Origin: an uncultured Actinomycetes bacterium
GTDB taxonomy: Bacteria > Actinomycetota > Actinomycetes > S36-B12 > GCA-2699445
Length of the DNA stretch: 64,000 nt
Assembly: GCA_964510455.1 (NCBI GenBank)
Contig: CAZECO010000001.1
Location: forward strand, 35,693-99,692
Direction of reading: 5' to 3'
Shown here: positions 1-9,468 of the stretch, one piece after another
Numbering within the stretch: the stretch's first letter is position 1
Layout: every line of letters begins with the position of its first letter
Program-made: the position numbers and the translations under genes
The notes under the pieces: generated by a model
The model's input: the letters and a program-made list of their open reading frames with translations, nothing else
Told to the model about the DNA's origin: nothing
Databases searched by the model: none

Positions 1-753
1 GGCGACCTGCTCCTCGATCGTGGGCAGCGGCACCACCGAGCGGGCCGGGTCGATCGTGACCGACACCCTGGTCGCGACCCGCACCGAGTCGGCCGCGGCG
101 AGCTCCGCCAGCTCCTCCACCAGGTCCCGGGCCACCCGCGGCGCCGCCGGGTCGATCCGGGGCCGCACCGCGGCCGCGAGCACGGCGGGGTCGGCGGGGG
201 CGGTCTCCACGGTGACGGCGATGTGCCGGACCATCGGCGCGAACCCGAGCTTGGCGAGCCAGGTGTGCCAGCTGGAGATCCAGGCGTCGGTCTGCTGAGG
301 GTCTGCCAGCCACGGCGTGGTCGCGGCCACCAGAACGGTCGCCGTCAGCCGGCCCGAGCGGCGGTCCCACACGCAGCCCCACTGCCGCCCGGCCTCGTCC
401 GCGGCGGTCAGGAGCACCGTCCCGGCCAGCGGCCCCGGGAGCGTCCAGGCCGCCCCGTCCGGTCGGCCCTGGCCGGCCCTGTGCGAGGTCCACCCGGCCC
501 GCCTCGCCCGGCGCCAGGCGAAGTGGCGCATGGCCAGGTCCAGCACCGGCTCCCCGCGGACGGAGCCCAGCGCGATCGCCGCGGTGGCCGCGAGGACCGG
601 GACGGCGACCATAAGCGCGCTGCTGGAGACCATGCCCAGCAGCAGCGCCAACACCAGCCCGCCCATCGCCACAGCCGTGCGGCGGCCATCCATCCCGGCG
701 ACGCCGAACCCCTTGCGCTCTCGCCAGCCGCCGTACATCCGCGCATCCGTCAT
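1..753 (-). CDS. N-terminal part of a conjugation-cluster protein running off the left edge (resembles the membrane-anchored N-terminus of actinobacterial VirB4-like / SCO6880-type proteins)
   Basis: Absent from the ORF track (no stop inside the window). Reverse-strand translation from ATG at 751-753 gives MTDARMYGGWRERKGFGVAGMDGRRTAVAMGGLVLALLLGMVSSSALMVAVPVLAATAAIALGSVRGEPVLDLAMRHFAWRR... Strong GC3 bias. ATGA start/stop overlap with the upstream gene. Family call is from memory only. Confidence 0.5.
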   Translation of the reverse strand, partial: MTDARMYGGWRERKGFGVAGMDGRRTAVAMGGLVLALLLGMVSSSALMVAVPVLAATAAIALGSVRGEPVLDLAMRHFAWRRARRAGWTSHRAGQGRPDGAAWTLPGPLAGTVLLTAADEAGRQWGCVWDRRSGRLTATVLVAATTPWLADPQQTDAWISSWHTWLAKLGFAPMVRHIAVTVETAPADPAVLAAAVRPRIDPAAPRVARDLVEELAELAAADSVRVATRVSVTIDPARSVVPLPTIEEQVA

Positions 754-2171
754 CCGTCCGCCCCTGTCCCCTTGTCCACAGCGTCCTTGCTGGCCTTGAC
801 GGCGACCTTCCCGACCGCCACCGCGGCCCCCACCGCGGCTCCCACCGGCCCCGCGGCGGCGGTGCCGGCCGCGACAGCAGCACCGCCGCCCCCGGTCGCG
901 GCGGCGGGCCCGACCGCCGCGCTGCCGCCGGCCGCAGCAGCTCCGCCACCGGCTGCGGCCCCAGCCGCAGCGCCCGCGCCGGGGAGCGCGGAACCGGCGG
1001 CCGCCGATGATGCGGCGGAGGGAGAGGCGCCGGATCCGACCGCGAGACTGCCGCCGGCGGGAGACCCTCCGGGGCCACCTCCGGCGGATGGAGCGGCCCC
1101 GGAGGGCCGGCCGACCCCGCCGCCGGAGGGCCCCAGGTCGCCGGCGGTGCTTGCCGCCTGCCTCGCGGCGCTGAGCCGGCCCCTGGCCATCCCCGCGTTG
1201 GCCGCCAGACCGGCAGCTGCCAGCCCTGCGCCTCCGCCGCCGGGGCCGCCGCCGAACATCCAGGTGAACAGGCGCAGCAGGGACGGCAGGGCGAACATCG
1301 CCACCAGCATCGTCATCATCCCGACGACCACCGAGGCGACCGTGCCGCCGGCGCTGTCGGCGGAGGCCCACGCCTGCCCTTCGGGCCCGGCCAGCGCGGC
1401 ATCGGGCGCGGCGGTGCCGCCGGCCATCCATCCGAGCCCGATCCGGTAGATCAACGCGATCATCGGGCGCAGGAAGATCAGCGCCGTCAGCCACCCGACG
1501 ACCTTGGGCAGCCACGCCCTTGTCGATGTGCCCGGCGACCCGGCTGCGGCGACCGGCAGCAGCAGGGCCAGGATGGCGATGCTGGCCGTGCGGAACGCCA
1601 TGAGCAGCACCATGCCCAGGCTGAGGAACACGCCGACCACGGACAGCAGCAGCAGCAGCAGCGGCAGCCACATCCCGATGCCGGGGGCGATCGCGAACAC
1701 CGAGACGCCGGTCGCGGCGTCGATTGTGGAGGAATCGGGCTTGAGCCGGTCGGTCAGCTCCTCCGAGAGCTGCCACATCGTGAGGACAACGGCAGTGCCC
1801 GCTGCGACGACCAGCACCATCTTGAACACCCCGACTGCGGCGTCGGCCAGCACGGCGCCGTCCCGGCGCCACATCACCTGGATCGCCGAAGAGATCAGGA
1901 CCAGCACGAGGATCGCGGAGGCGAGCAGCGCCACGGTCTCCTTCGCGCCGGCGTCGATGCGGGCCAGGAAGTCGGCCGGGGAGGGGCTGAACTCGGTCCA
2001 CAGCGCGATTGACCAGGCGAACATCGCCAGGAACGCCTCGTAGATCCCGGTCGCGACTGAGACGACGGCGTCCTGGACGAAGCCTCCGGCCGCAGTGCCG
2101 GCGGCGTCGGCTGCTGCGGACGCCACGGTGTCCCCCGCCAGACACGTCGGCACCCAGTTCGGGCAGTTCAT
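750..2171 (-). CDS. polytopic membrane protein, TrbL/VirB6-like conjugal channel component with a Gly/Ala/Ser-rich C-terminal tail
   Basis: Track ORF 750..2270 trimmed to MNCPNWVPTCLAGD (ATG 2171, ATGA overlap with the upstream stop at 2168-2170). Several long hydrophobic segments (LLASAILVLVLISSAIQV, GMWLPLLLLLLSVVGVFLSLGMVLLMAF, ILALLLPVAAAG). Sits in a conjugation operon. Confidence 0.55.
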   Translation of the reverse strand: MNCPNWVPTCLAGDTVASAAADAAGTAAGGFVQDAVVSVATGIYEAFLAMFAWSIALWTEFSPSPADFLARIDAGAKETVALLASAILVLVLISSAIQVMWRRDGAVLADAAVGVFKMVLVVAAGTAVVLTMWQLSEELTDRLKPDSSTIDAATGVSVFAIAPGIGMWLPLLLLLLSVVGVFLSLGMVLLMAFRTASIAILALLLPVAAAGSPGTSTRAWLPKVVGWLTALIFLRPMIALIYRIGLGWMAGGTAAPDAALAGPEGQAWASADSAGGTVASVVVGMMTMLVAMFALPSLLRLFTWMFGGGPGGGGAGLAAAGLAANAGMARGRLSAARQAASTAGDLGPSGGGVGRPSGAAPSAGGGPGGSPAGGSLAVGSGASPSAASSAAAGSALPGAGAAAGAAAGGGAAAAGGSAAVGPAAATGGGGAAVAAGTAAAGPVGAAVGAAVAVGKVAVKASKDAVDKGTGADG

Positions 2172-2941
2172 GCCAAGGCCTCCGGCGGGGGACCCGGAAC
2201 GGTGAACGAGGCCGGAGGGGCGGCGACCGCCGCCGGGGCGTCCTCGGCCCGCGGGGCGTCCATCCGCCACTCGCCGCCGCCGTACACCATGCGATAGGTG
2301 GCTCGAACGGTGACTATCCGGGGCACGGGCCCGGGAGGGGTGGTCACCAGGTACACGTCCACCGCAGCGGCCGGGCCGTCGGCGCTCTGGCCGAGGTCGG
2401 CGACCGCGCCCACCACGACCGTCGTGCCCGGCGGTGCCGATGCGAGGACCGCGGGCGGTACGGCCCAGTCCGGGGCGGCGTTGAACGCATCAGGCCCCAG
2501 AGGTGCCTTGTAGGCCTGCGCACCCGCGGGCGTCAGCGACGCGGCCTCCACTGCCGGCCTCAGCGCCGGCGGCGCGGCCGCCAGGTACGCGCCGTGGCGC
2601 AGCGCCGCGACAGCCGCGCCGGCCGCCGTCGGCTCGTACCCCGACTTCCACCCGCCGCCGTGGTCGACCAGGGGGCCATCGGCCGCGACGGGGACTAGCA
2701 GGGGGCTGCCGCCCAGATCCACTGCCGGCCAGGGCCCCCGGACCCATTCGACCGCAGCGGTGCTGGCCGGCGCGGAGGGCTCTCCGTCCGCAGCCGCCGG
2801 GGCAGCCGCAGGGGGCGGGCTATCGGCTGACGGCGCCGCAGCCCCGCCCGCTGAGCCGCCTGCGGCGACCGCCACGACTACCGCCGTCGCCGCCGATATC
2901 GCGGCCAGCGCAGCACCGGCCGCGAGCGCACGGGTCCTCAT
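2168..2941 (-). CDS. secreted or membrane-anchored conjugation-cluster protein of unknown function
   Basis: Track ORF 2168..3388 trimmed to MRTRALAAGAALAAISAATAVVVAVAAGGSAGG (signal/anchor-like; cat at 2939-2941). High GC3; operon position. Confidence 0.6.
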   Translation of the reverse strand: MRTRALAAGAALAAISAATAVVVAVAAGGSAGGAAAPSADSPPPAAAPAAADGEPSAPASTAAVEWVRGPWPAVDLGGSPLLVPVAADGPLVDHGGGWKSGYEPTAAGAAVAALRHGAYLAAAPPALRPAVEAASLTPAGAQAYKAPLGPDAFNAAPDWAVPPAVLASAPPGTTVVVGAVADLGQSADGPAAAVDVYLVTTPPGPVPRIVTVRATYRMVYGGGEWRMDAPRAEDAPAAVAAPPASFTVPGPPPEALA

Positions 2942-2946
2942 CGCTG

Positions 2947-3234
2947 CTAGCCGAACAGGTTGTTCACGAGCGGGACCGCCAACACCACAGCCGATAGCCC
3001 GCCCACGACCCACGGCAGGCCCACCGCGCCGTCCGCGGACAGGCTGCTGCGGTTGCGGCGGCCCACCATCATCATGATCCCGGAGACGATGATCCCCGCG
3101 ACCCCGCACACGAAGGCAATCCACTTGCCCCAGCCGATCAGGGTGTTCACCGTGGTCTCGACGCCCTCCGGCGGCGACGCGGGGGGGTTTGCGATTTCCG
3201 CGGGCAGCGCCGCGAGCAACTGGACCAGAATCAT
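2947..3234 (-). CDS. small two-TM protein in the position of a VirB2/TrbC-like pilin
   Basis: Track ORF 2947..3342 trimmed to MILVQLLAALPAEIANPP... (ATG 3234, ATGA overlap with the upstream stop). Two hydrophobic helices (WIAFVCGVAGIIVSGIMMMV, LPWVVGGLSAVVLAVPLV). 95 aa. Confidence 0.55.
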   Translation of the reverse strand: MILVQLLAALPAEIANPPASPPEGVETTVNTLIGWGKWIAFVCGVAGIIVSGIMMMVGRRNRSSLSADGAVGLPWVVGGLSAVVLAVPLVNNLFG

Positions 3235-3698
3235 GCTGTTCCTCCTTGATCGGTGTAGCGGCGGTGGCTCTCGACGAGGGCCGCCGCAGCCTTGCGCCAG
3301 GCCCGCGAAGCAGACGCGGCACCCGCCGGGCCGTAGCGCCACGCGGGCACGTACGGCAGTTCATGGACCTCGGCGACCCGGTCGGCAAGCAGGCGCAGCG
3401 CGGCCGAAACCGCGGGGGCGCGGGGCAGCGGGGCGTCGGCCGTCAGCACGACAAGGACCGGCCGGGGCGGGGGGTCGGCGAGCGCCAGGCGCAGCGCCTC
3501 GGCGCCGTGCAGGTTGGTGCGGGCCGCGAGGACGACGAGGCCCGTGCCGGGGGCTTCCCCGGCACGGGCCTCAGCCAGCCCCAGCAGCTGCGCCACCGTG
3601 GTGGCCCCGGCCCCTCCGTGGCCTGCCACCACCACGGAGCGTTGGGGGTTGCGCGCCGGGCGGCGGCGGGTCGGAGCGGTTGCCGGGGCCGTAGCCAT
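3231..3698 (-). CDS. hypothetical conjugation-cluster protein with a degenerate P-loop-like motif
   Basis: Track ORF 3231..3764 trimmed to MATAPATAPTRRRP (ATG 3698) preceded by GGAGG (caGGAGGtgtctaccatcATG). Motif VVVAGHGGAGATTVAQLLG. Confidence 0.6.
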   Translation of the reverse strand: MATAPATAPTRRRPARNPQRSVVVAGHGGAGATTVAQLLGLAEARAGEAPGTGLVVLAARTNLHGAEALRLALADPPPRPVLVVLTADAPLPRAPAVSAALRLLADRVAEVHELPYVPAWRYGPAGAASASRAWRKAAAALVESHRRYTDQGGTA

Positions 3699-3818
3699 GA
3701 TGGTAGACACCTCCTGCCGGTACTGTGTCGGGTACACAATGCACGCCGGAACTGTGGCCGTCAAGTAGGCGCCGCGGGGCGATGGCGGCAGGAGCGCGAG
3801 AGGCTACGATGTGGACCG

Positions 3819-4277
3819 ATGATGAAGGACGGGGAGCGCCGGCGAACGGCACAGGACCGCGGCGCCGCGCTGCGGCGTGCGCGGGAGGGCGCCGGCCTGA
3901 CCCAGGTAGAAGTCGCCAACGGGGTCGGGGTGAGCGTGTCCGCCGTCAAGAAGTGGGAGCACGGCGACCGGTTGCCGGCCGACACCTTCGTCGCCGACCG
4001 GCTCGCAGAGTTCCTGGGAGTCCCCGCCACCTCCCTGCACGTGGTGGTGCCGGACTTCGACACCGCGACGCTGGCCACCATCCGCCGCTCCCGCCGGCAG
4101 TCGGTGGAGGCGCTTGCGGAGGTGCTCGGGATCAGCGCCCGGACCGTGGCGCGGGTGGAGGCCGGGGAAATCCTGCCGCCGGACCCCTTGGCGTGGGGAC
4201 GAGCCCTCGGCATCACCCAGCCGAGACTGGCGCAGGCCTTTACCCATGCCCGAACGGAGGGCCGCACCGGCCAGTGA
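3819..4277 (+). CDS. XRE-family regulator with two helix-turn-helix domains
   Basis: Tail of track ORF 3189..4277 from MMKDGERRR (ATG 3819). HTH 1: LTQVEVANGVGVSVSAVKKWEHG. HTH 2: QSVEALAEVLGISARTVARVEAG. Divergent from the conjugation operon. Confidence 0.8.
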   Translation: MMKDGERRRTAQDRGAALRRAREGAGLTQVEVANGVGVSVSAVKKWEHGDRLPADTFVADRLAEFLGVPATSLHVVVPDFDTATLATIRRSRRQSVEALAEVLGISARTVARVEAGEILPPDPLAWGRALGITQPRLAQAFTHARTEGRTGQ

Positions 4278-5304
4278 CGGCGGGGGGGCTGTGATCCCCG
4301 GGGTCCTGGGCGCCGGCGCCGCCGCCGCGGCTGCCGCGGTGGTCGCGGTCCCGCTGTCCCTGGTCGTGCTGGCCGCCGCGACCGCGGCCCCCACCACGGC
4401 CGCCGGCCTACTAGCCGGGCCGGTGCCCGGCGAGTACCACGGCGCCGTTCAGTCGGCGGCGCAGGCGTGCCCCGGGCTGCCGGCCGCAGTGCTGGCGGCA
4501 CAGCTCGAGGCTGAGTCGGGCTGGAACCCCGCAGCCGTCTCCCCCGCCGGCGCGCAGGGCATCGCCCAATTCATGCCGGGCACCTGGTCGTCCTGGGGGC
4601 GCGATGCGGACGGCGACGGGCAGGCGTCCCCGTTCGACCCCGCGGACGCCATCGACGCCCAGGGCAGGTTCATGTGCAGCCTGGTGGGCGGGGCGAGGCG
4701 CTCAGGACTGCCGGGGGACCCGATCGACCTTGCGCTGGCCGGGTACAACGCAGGGTGGGGCGCGGTCGAACGCTATCGCGGCGTCCCCCCCTATCCCGAG
4801 ACCACGGCCTACATCCAGCGCATCCGCACCGGCGCCGCGCGGTACGCCGCCCCCGTCGGGGGCGGGGCCGTGTGGCCGGTGCGCTCGCCGGACCCCATCA
4901 CCAACGGGTTCGGCAACCGCCCCCCGCGCATCCACTACGCGCTGGGCTACCACACCGGGATCGACCTCAACGCCGACCGGCGCGCCGGGAACGACTACGG
5001 CCAGGCCGTACTTGCCGCCCGGACAGGGGTCGTCGCCCGGATCAGCACCTCGGGGCCGCTCGGGCTCGAGGTCGTCCTGCTGCACGCCGACGGCCTCTAC
5101 AGCTCCTACGCCCACCTCGCCGGGCTGGCGCCCGGCGTCGCCCAGGGCGCAGTCCTCGAGGCGGGGCAGCCGCTCGGCGCGATCGGGTGCAGCGGCATGA
5201 GCACCTGTGCCCCGCACCTGCACTTCGAGGTCCGCCGGACCCCGGGCTGGCAGGCCGGGGCGTTCGTCGACCCGCTGGTCTGGCTCGGGCTGGGCGCGCC
5301 GTGA
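4246..5304 (+). CDS. cell-wall hydrolase: lytic transglycosylase (SLT) domain fused to an M23 peptidase domain
   Basis: SLT motifs LEAESGWNPAAVSPAGAQGIAQFMPGTW and AGYNAG. M23 motifs YHTGIDL and APHLHFEV. N-terminal TM GAGAAAAAAAVVAVPLSLVVLAAA. Start is ATG 4246 or GTG 4291; both are in frame. Confidence 0.85.
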   Translation: MPERRAAPASDGGGAVIPGVLGAGAAAAAAAVVAVPLSLVVLAAATAAPTTAAGLLAGPVPGEYHGAVQSAAQACPGLPAAVLAAQLEAESGWNPAAVSPAGAQGIAQFMPGTWSSWGRDADGDGQASPFDPADAIDAQGRFMCSLVGGARRSGLPGDPIDLALAGYNAGWGAVERYRGVPPYPETTAYIQRIRTGAARYAAPVGGGAVWPVRSPDPITNGFGNRPPRIHYALGYHTGIDLNADRRAGNDYGQAVLAARTGVVARISTSGPLGLEVVLLHADGLYSSYAHLAGLAPGVAQGAVLEAGQPLGAIGCSGMSTCAPHLHFEVRRTPGWQAGAFVDPLVWLGLGAP

Positions 5305-5377
5305 CCGCGGGCGGGGCCGCGGAGAGCGCGTGTGGCAGACTGCATGCCCAGGTGCGAGGGTCGTGAGGGGAGCGCCC

Positions 5378-5803
5378 ATGAAGTCGCAACGAATCGCCGT
5401 CTCATGGTTGCCGGTATGGCTGGAGGCTGCACGCGCCGGGTATCCCGCCACGCCGGCCTCCCAGTACGGGGCATGGGTCAGCAGCCTCGCCGAGCGGATC
5501 AGAATCAGCCTGCACGAGACCCCCGACCTGTGGGGCGCAGGCCACGCGGCGGCGATACTGGCGCTGGCCGACGAGACCGTGGCCGCAGTCGCAGGGTCGC
5601 TGCCGCCGTCGGCCAGGGAGGTGCTGCGCGCCCGCGACCAGGTCGCCGTCGACTCGGTGGAGGCCGCGATCGGGGTCTGGCTGCTGTACGCAGGCGAGTT
5701 CCTGCGGGCGGAGCGCGCCGGCGGGCTGGAACGCTGGCGCGGCGAGCGCGACGCCGCAGCGGCGGCAGCCGTCCGCACGACAGTCCGGATCGCCGCAGTC
5801 TGA
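5378..5803 (+). CDS. hypothetical protein
   Basis: Tail of track ORF 5207..5803 from MKSQRIAVSWLPVWLEAARAG (ATG 5378) with GAGGGG 8 nt upstream. High GC3. Confidence 0.55.
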   Translation: MKSQRIAVSWLPVWLEAARAGYPATPASQYGAWVSSLAERIRISLHETPDLWGAGHAAAILALADETVAAVAGSLPPSAREVLRARDQVAVDSVEAAIGVWLLYAGEFLRAERAGGLERWRGERDAAAAAAVRTTVRIAAV

Positions 5804-6204
5804 CACCCGCGGGACCGCGTCCGGATCGCAGCCGCTGGCGCGTAGCCGGGCGTCCCATGATGTAGCCCCCATACGACCGCTACATCTGCTCTGCGGATGG
5901 TCCCGAATCTTCGGCTCGGAACGCGGTCATTCGCGGCGGAAGGACTCAGGTTCGATGTCAAAGCCCAACTCTCGTTCGCCATACACCTTCCAGCCTGATC
6001 GGCCGTGGCAGCACTGATAGGAGCTGCTCGCACACGACGATGAGCTGGCCCGATACTCGGGGCTGGACGTCGCCGCGCTGCCCCTCGATGAAGCGCCCAT
6101 CCCACGGGTCTGATCCGCGCGCTCGACGACGCCGATGAAGCCCAAACTCGTGGGCTACATCCTTTCGGCCCCGACGCGACCACTGGTGCCCCCAACGGCA
6201 CCCG

Positions 6205-6575
6205 GCCGCGGAGGAACCCACGACGGACGACCTGCACATCACCACAGCCGTCCCGTACGTGAACGGCGCCCCCCACTTGGGACAGGCGCTCGAGTCCGTG
6301 CACGTGGAGGCACCCGCCCGGCATCGTCGGCTTGGCGGCGGCTCCGTCCGGGTGCAGTCGGGCACCGACGATTCTGCGATCAAGAATGGGCCGCGGCCGA
6401 GGCCGCCGACGGCTCGGTGGCGGACCTGGTGGGCGCGAACGGTGACGGTTCGTCGAGCTCGCCCGCGAACTGGACGTGGTCGCCGACGACTTCGTCTGGA
6501 CGAACAGCGACATCCGCCACCTCGCCCTTCACCGGAAGGACTACAGCGGCTTGTACTGCGGCGGCCGCCGCTGAC
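6205..6575 (+). pseudogene. degraded methionyl-tRNA synthetase fragment (N-terminal catalytic region; frameshifts and internal deletion)
   Basis: LHITTAVPYVNGAPHLGQALESVH...ARHRRLGGGSVRVQSGTDDSAIK resembles the MetRS HIGH region (P-Y-x-N-G-x-P-H-[IL]-G-H, here H->Q; GTDEHG here GTDDSA). A later piece in another frame, RFVELARELDVVADDFVWTNSD...YSGLYCGG, resembles the downstream MetRS segment. Confidence 0.55.
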
Positions 6576-6636
6576 GCTGCGGTGATGCCGGCGGCGCCAG
6601 CCGATGCCGACCCCAGGGTGCTGGTCGCGACGCTCA

Positions 6637-7125
6637 CTACGGCGGTGGATTGCGATCCTGTTCGAAGGACGCCTTGAGGGCGTCGATCGTGATGGTGCGC
6701 TCCTTGACGGCGAACCGCCGCCAGATCGGTGTGCCCAAGCGCCAAACACCGTATGACACCAGCTTGGCGCGATGGCGGACCAGCGTCTGGTTGTCACCGG
6801 AGGGCTGCAGGTGGTAGCTGGGCCAGCCCTCGAACTTCAACCTCCCCGACCTCGACGTCTCCCACCAGTGGTAGACGATCGTGTGCGGCGGAGCCAATTC
6901 CACGATCTCCCCGGGCATGGTTCCTTGGCTCGTCTCGTCGACGAATGTCGTACCGACAGCGGGCACTCCAGGGGACGTCTGTCGGGTGTGCTTGAGCATG
7001 CTTCCAGTGCCGGCCATCCACTGGTTGTGCCCCTCGATGTCGATGAGCCGACCGAACACCTCGTCGATCGGTGCCCGAATCGTGCGCTCGAGCTCGAAAA
7101 TGATCGGCCTCACATCTGCGAGCAT
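6637..7125 (-). CDS. SRPBCC (START/polyketide-cyclase-like) family protein
   Basis: Track ORF 6637..7356 trimmed to MLADVRPIIFELERTIRAPIDEVFGRLIDIEGHNQWM, the typical opening of SRPBCC proteins. 162 aa. Confidence 0.7.
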   Translation of the reverse strand: MLADVRPIIFELERTIRAPIDEVFGRLIDIEGHNQWMAGTGSMLKHTRQTSPGVPAVGTTFVDETSQGTMPGEIVELAPPHTIVYHWWETSRSGRLKFEGWPSYHLQPSGDNQTLVRHRAKLVSYGVWRLGTPIWRRFAVKERTITIDALKASFEQDRNPPP

Positions 7126-7439
7126 CCTCTCCCGGTGCAAGCACGGCAAGGCCGCGTCAGTCGACGGTCCTCGGCACGTGATGTCCCGACCCCTCGCCCT
7201 GGTTGTGGCTGCCCTTCGGCGTCGCGGCTGTGCGCGCGTTCGCGGTTCCCGAGGGCACCCGGTCGGCCGTCGTCGGCGCAGTCGAGACGGTGGTCTCGGT
7301 CCTCGTCGTGGTGGGCGGCGTGCTGGCGCTGAGCTGATCAGCAGCCAACCGGCCACGGCCGTAGTGGATGACCCCCTGGGTGAGCGCTAAGGTGGCGCAG
7401 CGGCGCCCACGGCGGGGCCGCGCCCGAGGAGACCCAGTC

Positions 7440-7763
7440 ATGCAGAGCCTCACCGACCTGGCCAGCCTGATCGAGGTGGCCCCCGAGTCCACGGTGTCGC
7501 GCACGGTGCTGCGCGCTGAGGGCGCCCGCGTGGTCCTGTTCGCCTTCGACGCCGGCCAGGAGCTCACCGAGCACACCGCAGCGGTGCCGATCCTGCTGCA
7601 GATCCTGGACGGCCGGCTACGGATCGGCGCTGACGGAGAAGTTGTCGAGCTCCTCCCGGGAGGGCTGATCCATATCGGCGCCCGGGTCGCCCACGAGGTG
7701 TTCGCGATCGAGCCCTCGCGGATGGCGCTGCTCATGCTCGACCCGCGGGCCTCCAGCCGCTGA
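7440..7763 (+). CDS. cupin domain protein
   Basis: Track ORF 7368..7763 trimmed to MQSLTDLASL. Small beta-barrel pattern: FDAGQELTEHTAAVPILLQILDGRLRI...GGLIHIGARVAHEV. Confidence 0.65.
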   Translation: MQSLTDLASLIEVAPESTVSRTVLRAEGARVVLFAFDAGQELTEHTAAVPILLQILDGRLRIGADGEVVELLPGGLIHIGARVAHEVFAIEPSRMALLMLDPRASSR

Positions 7764-7840
7764 GCGCCGTTGATGTCCGCCGATCCTCGACGGGCCGGAT
7801 TCTGAGGTCGACCGCAGCGGCGGGTGCCCACCAGCAATCC

Positions 7841-9022
7841 CTACCCGCTCACCGGTGCGGACCGCACCCGACTGGATGAACCCAGCGCAGACCCGGCCGG
7901 TGTCCGGGGCACATAGGGGCAGAGCGGGTCGGACTCCAGCGGGTCTCCGGTCCGCGCGAAGGCCCGAGCGCGCGACCCCCCGCACCAGGTGCGGAACTCA
8001 CATCGCCCACATCGACCGCCGAATCGATCCGGGTCCCGCAGCTCACGCATGATCGGGCTCGACCGGTACAGGTCGACGATGCTGGTGTCGCGGACGTTGC
8101 CGATCGGCAGGGGCAGGAAACCCGACGGGGTCACGGTTCCGTCGTGCCCGATGAACACGATGCCGTTGCCATCTCGGATTCCGAACCCGCGGCTGATCGG
8201 GTGCCGCTCAATCTCGGCCGTCGTGAGTCCGCGGCGTCTCAGCGCCTGCACCGCTACGCGGCGGTACATCATCGCCTCGGTGGTCTTCACCTGGAAGGGT
8301 GCACTGGCGCTGAGATCCCACAGCCGCTTTATGAGGCGCTCCGCCTCCCCGGGTGAGAGTTCTTGGAGCCGAGCACCCCGTCCGACCGAGATGAGGAAGA
8401 ACAGGCTCCAGCGCAGCAGCGTGCGTCGGGTGAGCAACTGGTACAGCGCAGGAAGGTCGGCGGCCGTGGTCGCGGTCACCAGCGTGTTGATCTGCACCTG
8501 CATTCCCACCTCGGCCGCCTGGTCCACAGCTGCCAGCGTGGCGTCGAAGGTCCCGGGCACTCCTCGCAACCCATCGTGGGTGGCGGCCGTGGAACCGTCC
8601 AGGCTGAGCGAGACGGTCGCCACGCCGTCCTTGCGCAACTCGTCCAGTCGCTGCGCGGTCAGCAGGGGAGTCACCGCCGGCGCAAGCGACACCCCGATGC
8701 CGCGCCCGGTGGCCTCATGGATGAGCAGGCGCAGATCGGCCCGGCGCAGGGGATCCCCGCCGGTCATCACGACGTGGGGCGGAGGGCTGCCGAACGCCGC
8801 GATCTGGTCGAGGACGCCAATCGCCTCCACCGTGCTCAGCTCGCCCGGTGCCGGTTCGGGCATGGCGGTGGCCCGGCAGTGCGCGCAGGCCAGGGCGCAG
8901 GCGCTGGTCAGTTCCCAGTAGACGATCATCGGCACCCTGTCGTAGACCCAGCCCGTGGGCTGGACCGACCCGATCCGGGCCGGAGGGTTCAGCGCCGGGG
9001 GGTGGTGCGGATCCTGGGGCAT
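7841..9022 (-). CDS. radical SAM enzyme with a C-terminal SPASM-like Cys-rich domain
   Basis: Track ORF 7841..9211 trimmed to MPQDPHHPP (ATG 9022) with AAGGAGG 6 nt upstream. CxxxCxxC = SACALACAHC. GGDPL motif. C-terminal cysteines in GGRCGRCEFRTWCGGSRARAF...DPLCPY. Confidence 0.85.
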   Translation of the reverse strand: MPQDPHHPPALNPPARIGSVQPTGWVYDRVPMIVYWELTSACALACAHCRATAMPEPAPGELSTVEAIGVLDQIAAFGSPPPHVVMTGGDPLRRADLRLLIHEATGRGIGVSLAPAVTPLLTAQRLDELRKDGVATVSLSLDGSTAATHDGLRGVPGTFDATLAAVDQAAEVGMQVQINTLVTATTAADLPALYQLLTRRTLLRWSLFFLISVGRGARLQELSPGEAERLIKRLWDLSASAPFQVKTTEAMMYRRVAVQALRRRGLTTAEIERHPISRGFGIRDGNGIVFIGHDGTVTPSGFLPLPIGNVRDTSIVDLYRSSPIMRELRDPDRFGGRCGRCEFRTWCGGSRARAFARTGDPLESDPLCPYVPRTPAGSALGSSSRVRSAPVSG

Positions 9023-9468
9023 GCCCAACCTCCTTGCGACGGCGTTCCGGCCGCCACTTTCCCAGCGTAGGCGGGTCCCAGCGCCCGCCCGCCCGCCGGG
9101 TCCGGTTCGGTAAGCGGGAGGGGGTACATGCGATGCATCATCGAGCAGGCGCCGGCCGGGCGCGTCTTTCCCGCTCCCGGCCGGCGCGGCCTCGGACCCC
9201 GTGGGCGGCAACCACCGCCGCGTTCTAGACCGTCGCCGGCGCCACCTACCTGCTCCTGCTCAAGGAGCGCAACGGCACCGTCTACCTGCACCGCATGAAC
9301 GACGACGGAAGCGTCGGTGCCCGCATCCGCTGATACCCGACTTCGACGGGTCGTGCGGCTGGAGCACGGCGGAGTTCTACACGGCGGGTGCGGATCCCCC
9401 TACCGGTTCCTGTTGAGCCGGAGCAACGGCGCCGTCCGCATCCACGGACTCCAGAGGCGGCGCTGCGG

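Noticed and set aside
223-1449. 408-aa Pro/Ala/Arg-rich ORF on the + strand
   Set aside because: Antisense shadow of the TrbL-like and VirB4-like genes. Its composition (long P/A/R/G runs) and the clean membrane-protein translation on the opposite strand argue against it.
4702-6513. 603-aa reverse-strand ORF
   Set aside because: Antisense to the SLT+M23 gene and the 5378-5803 gene. Low-complexity Arg/Pro/Gly content and no motif.
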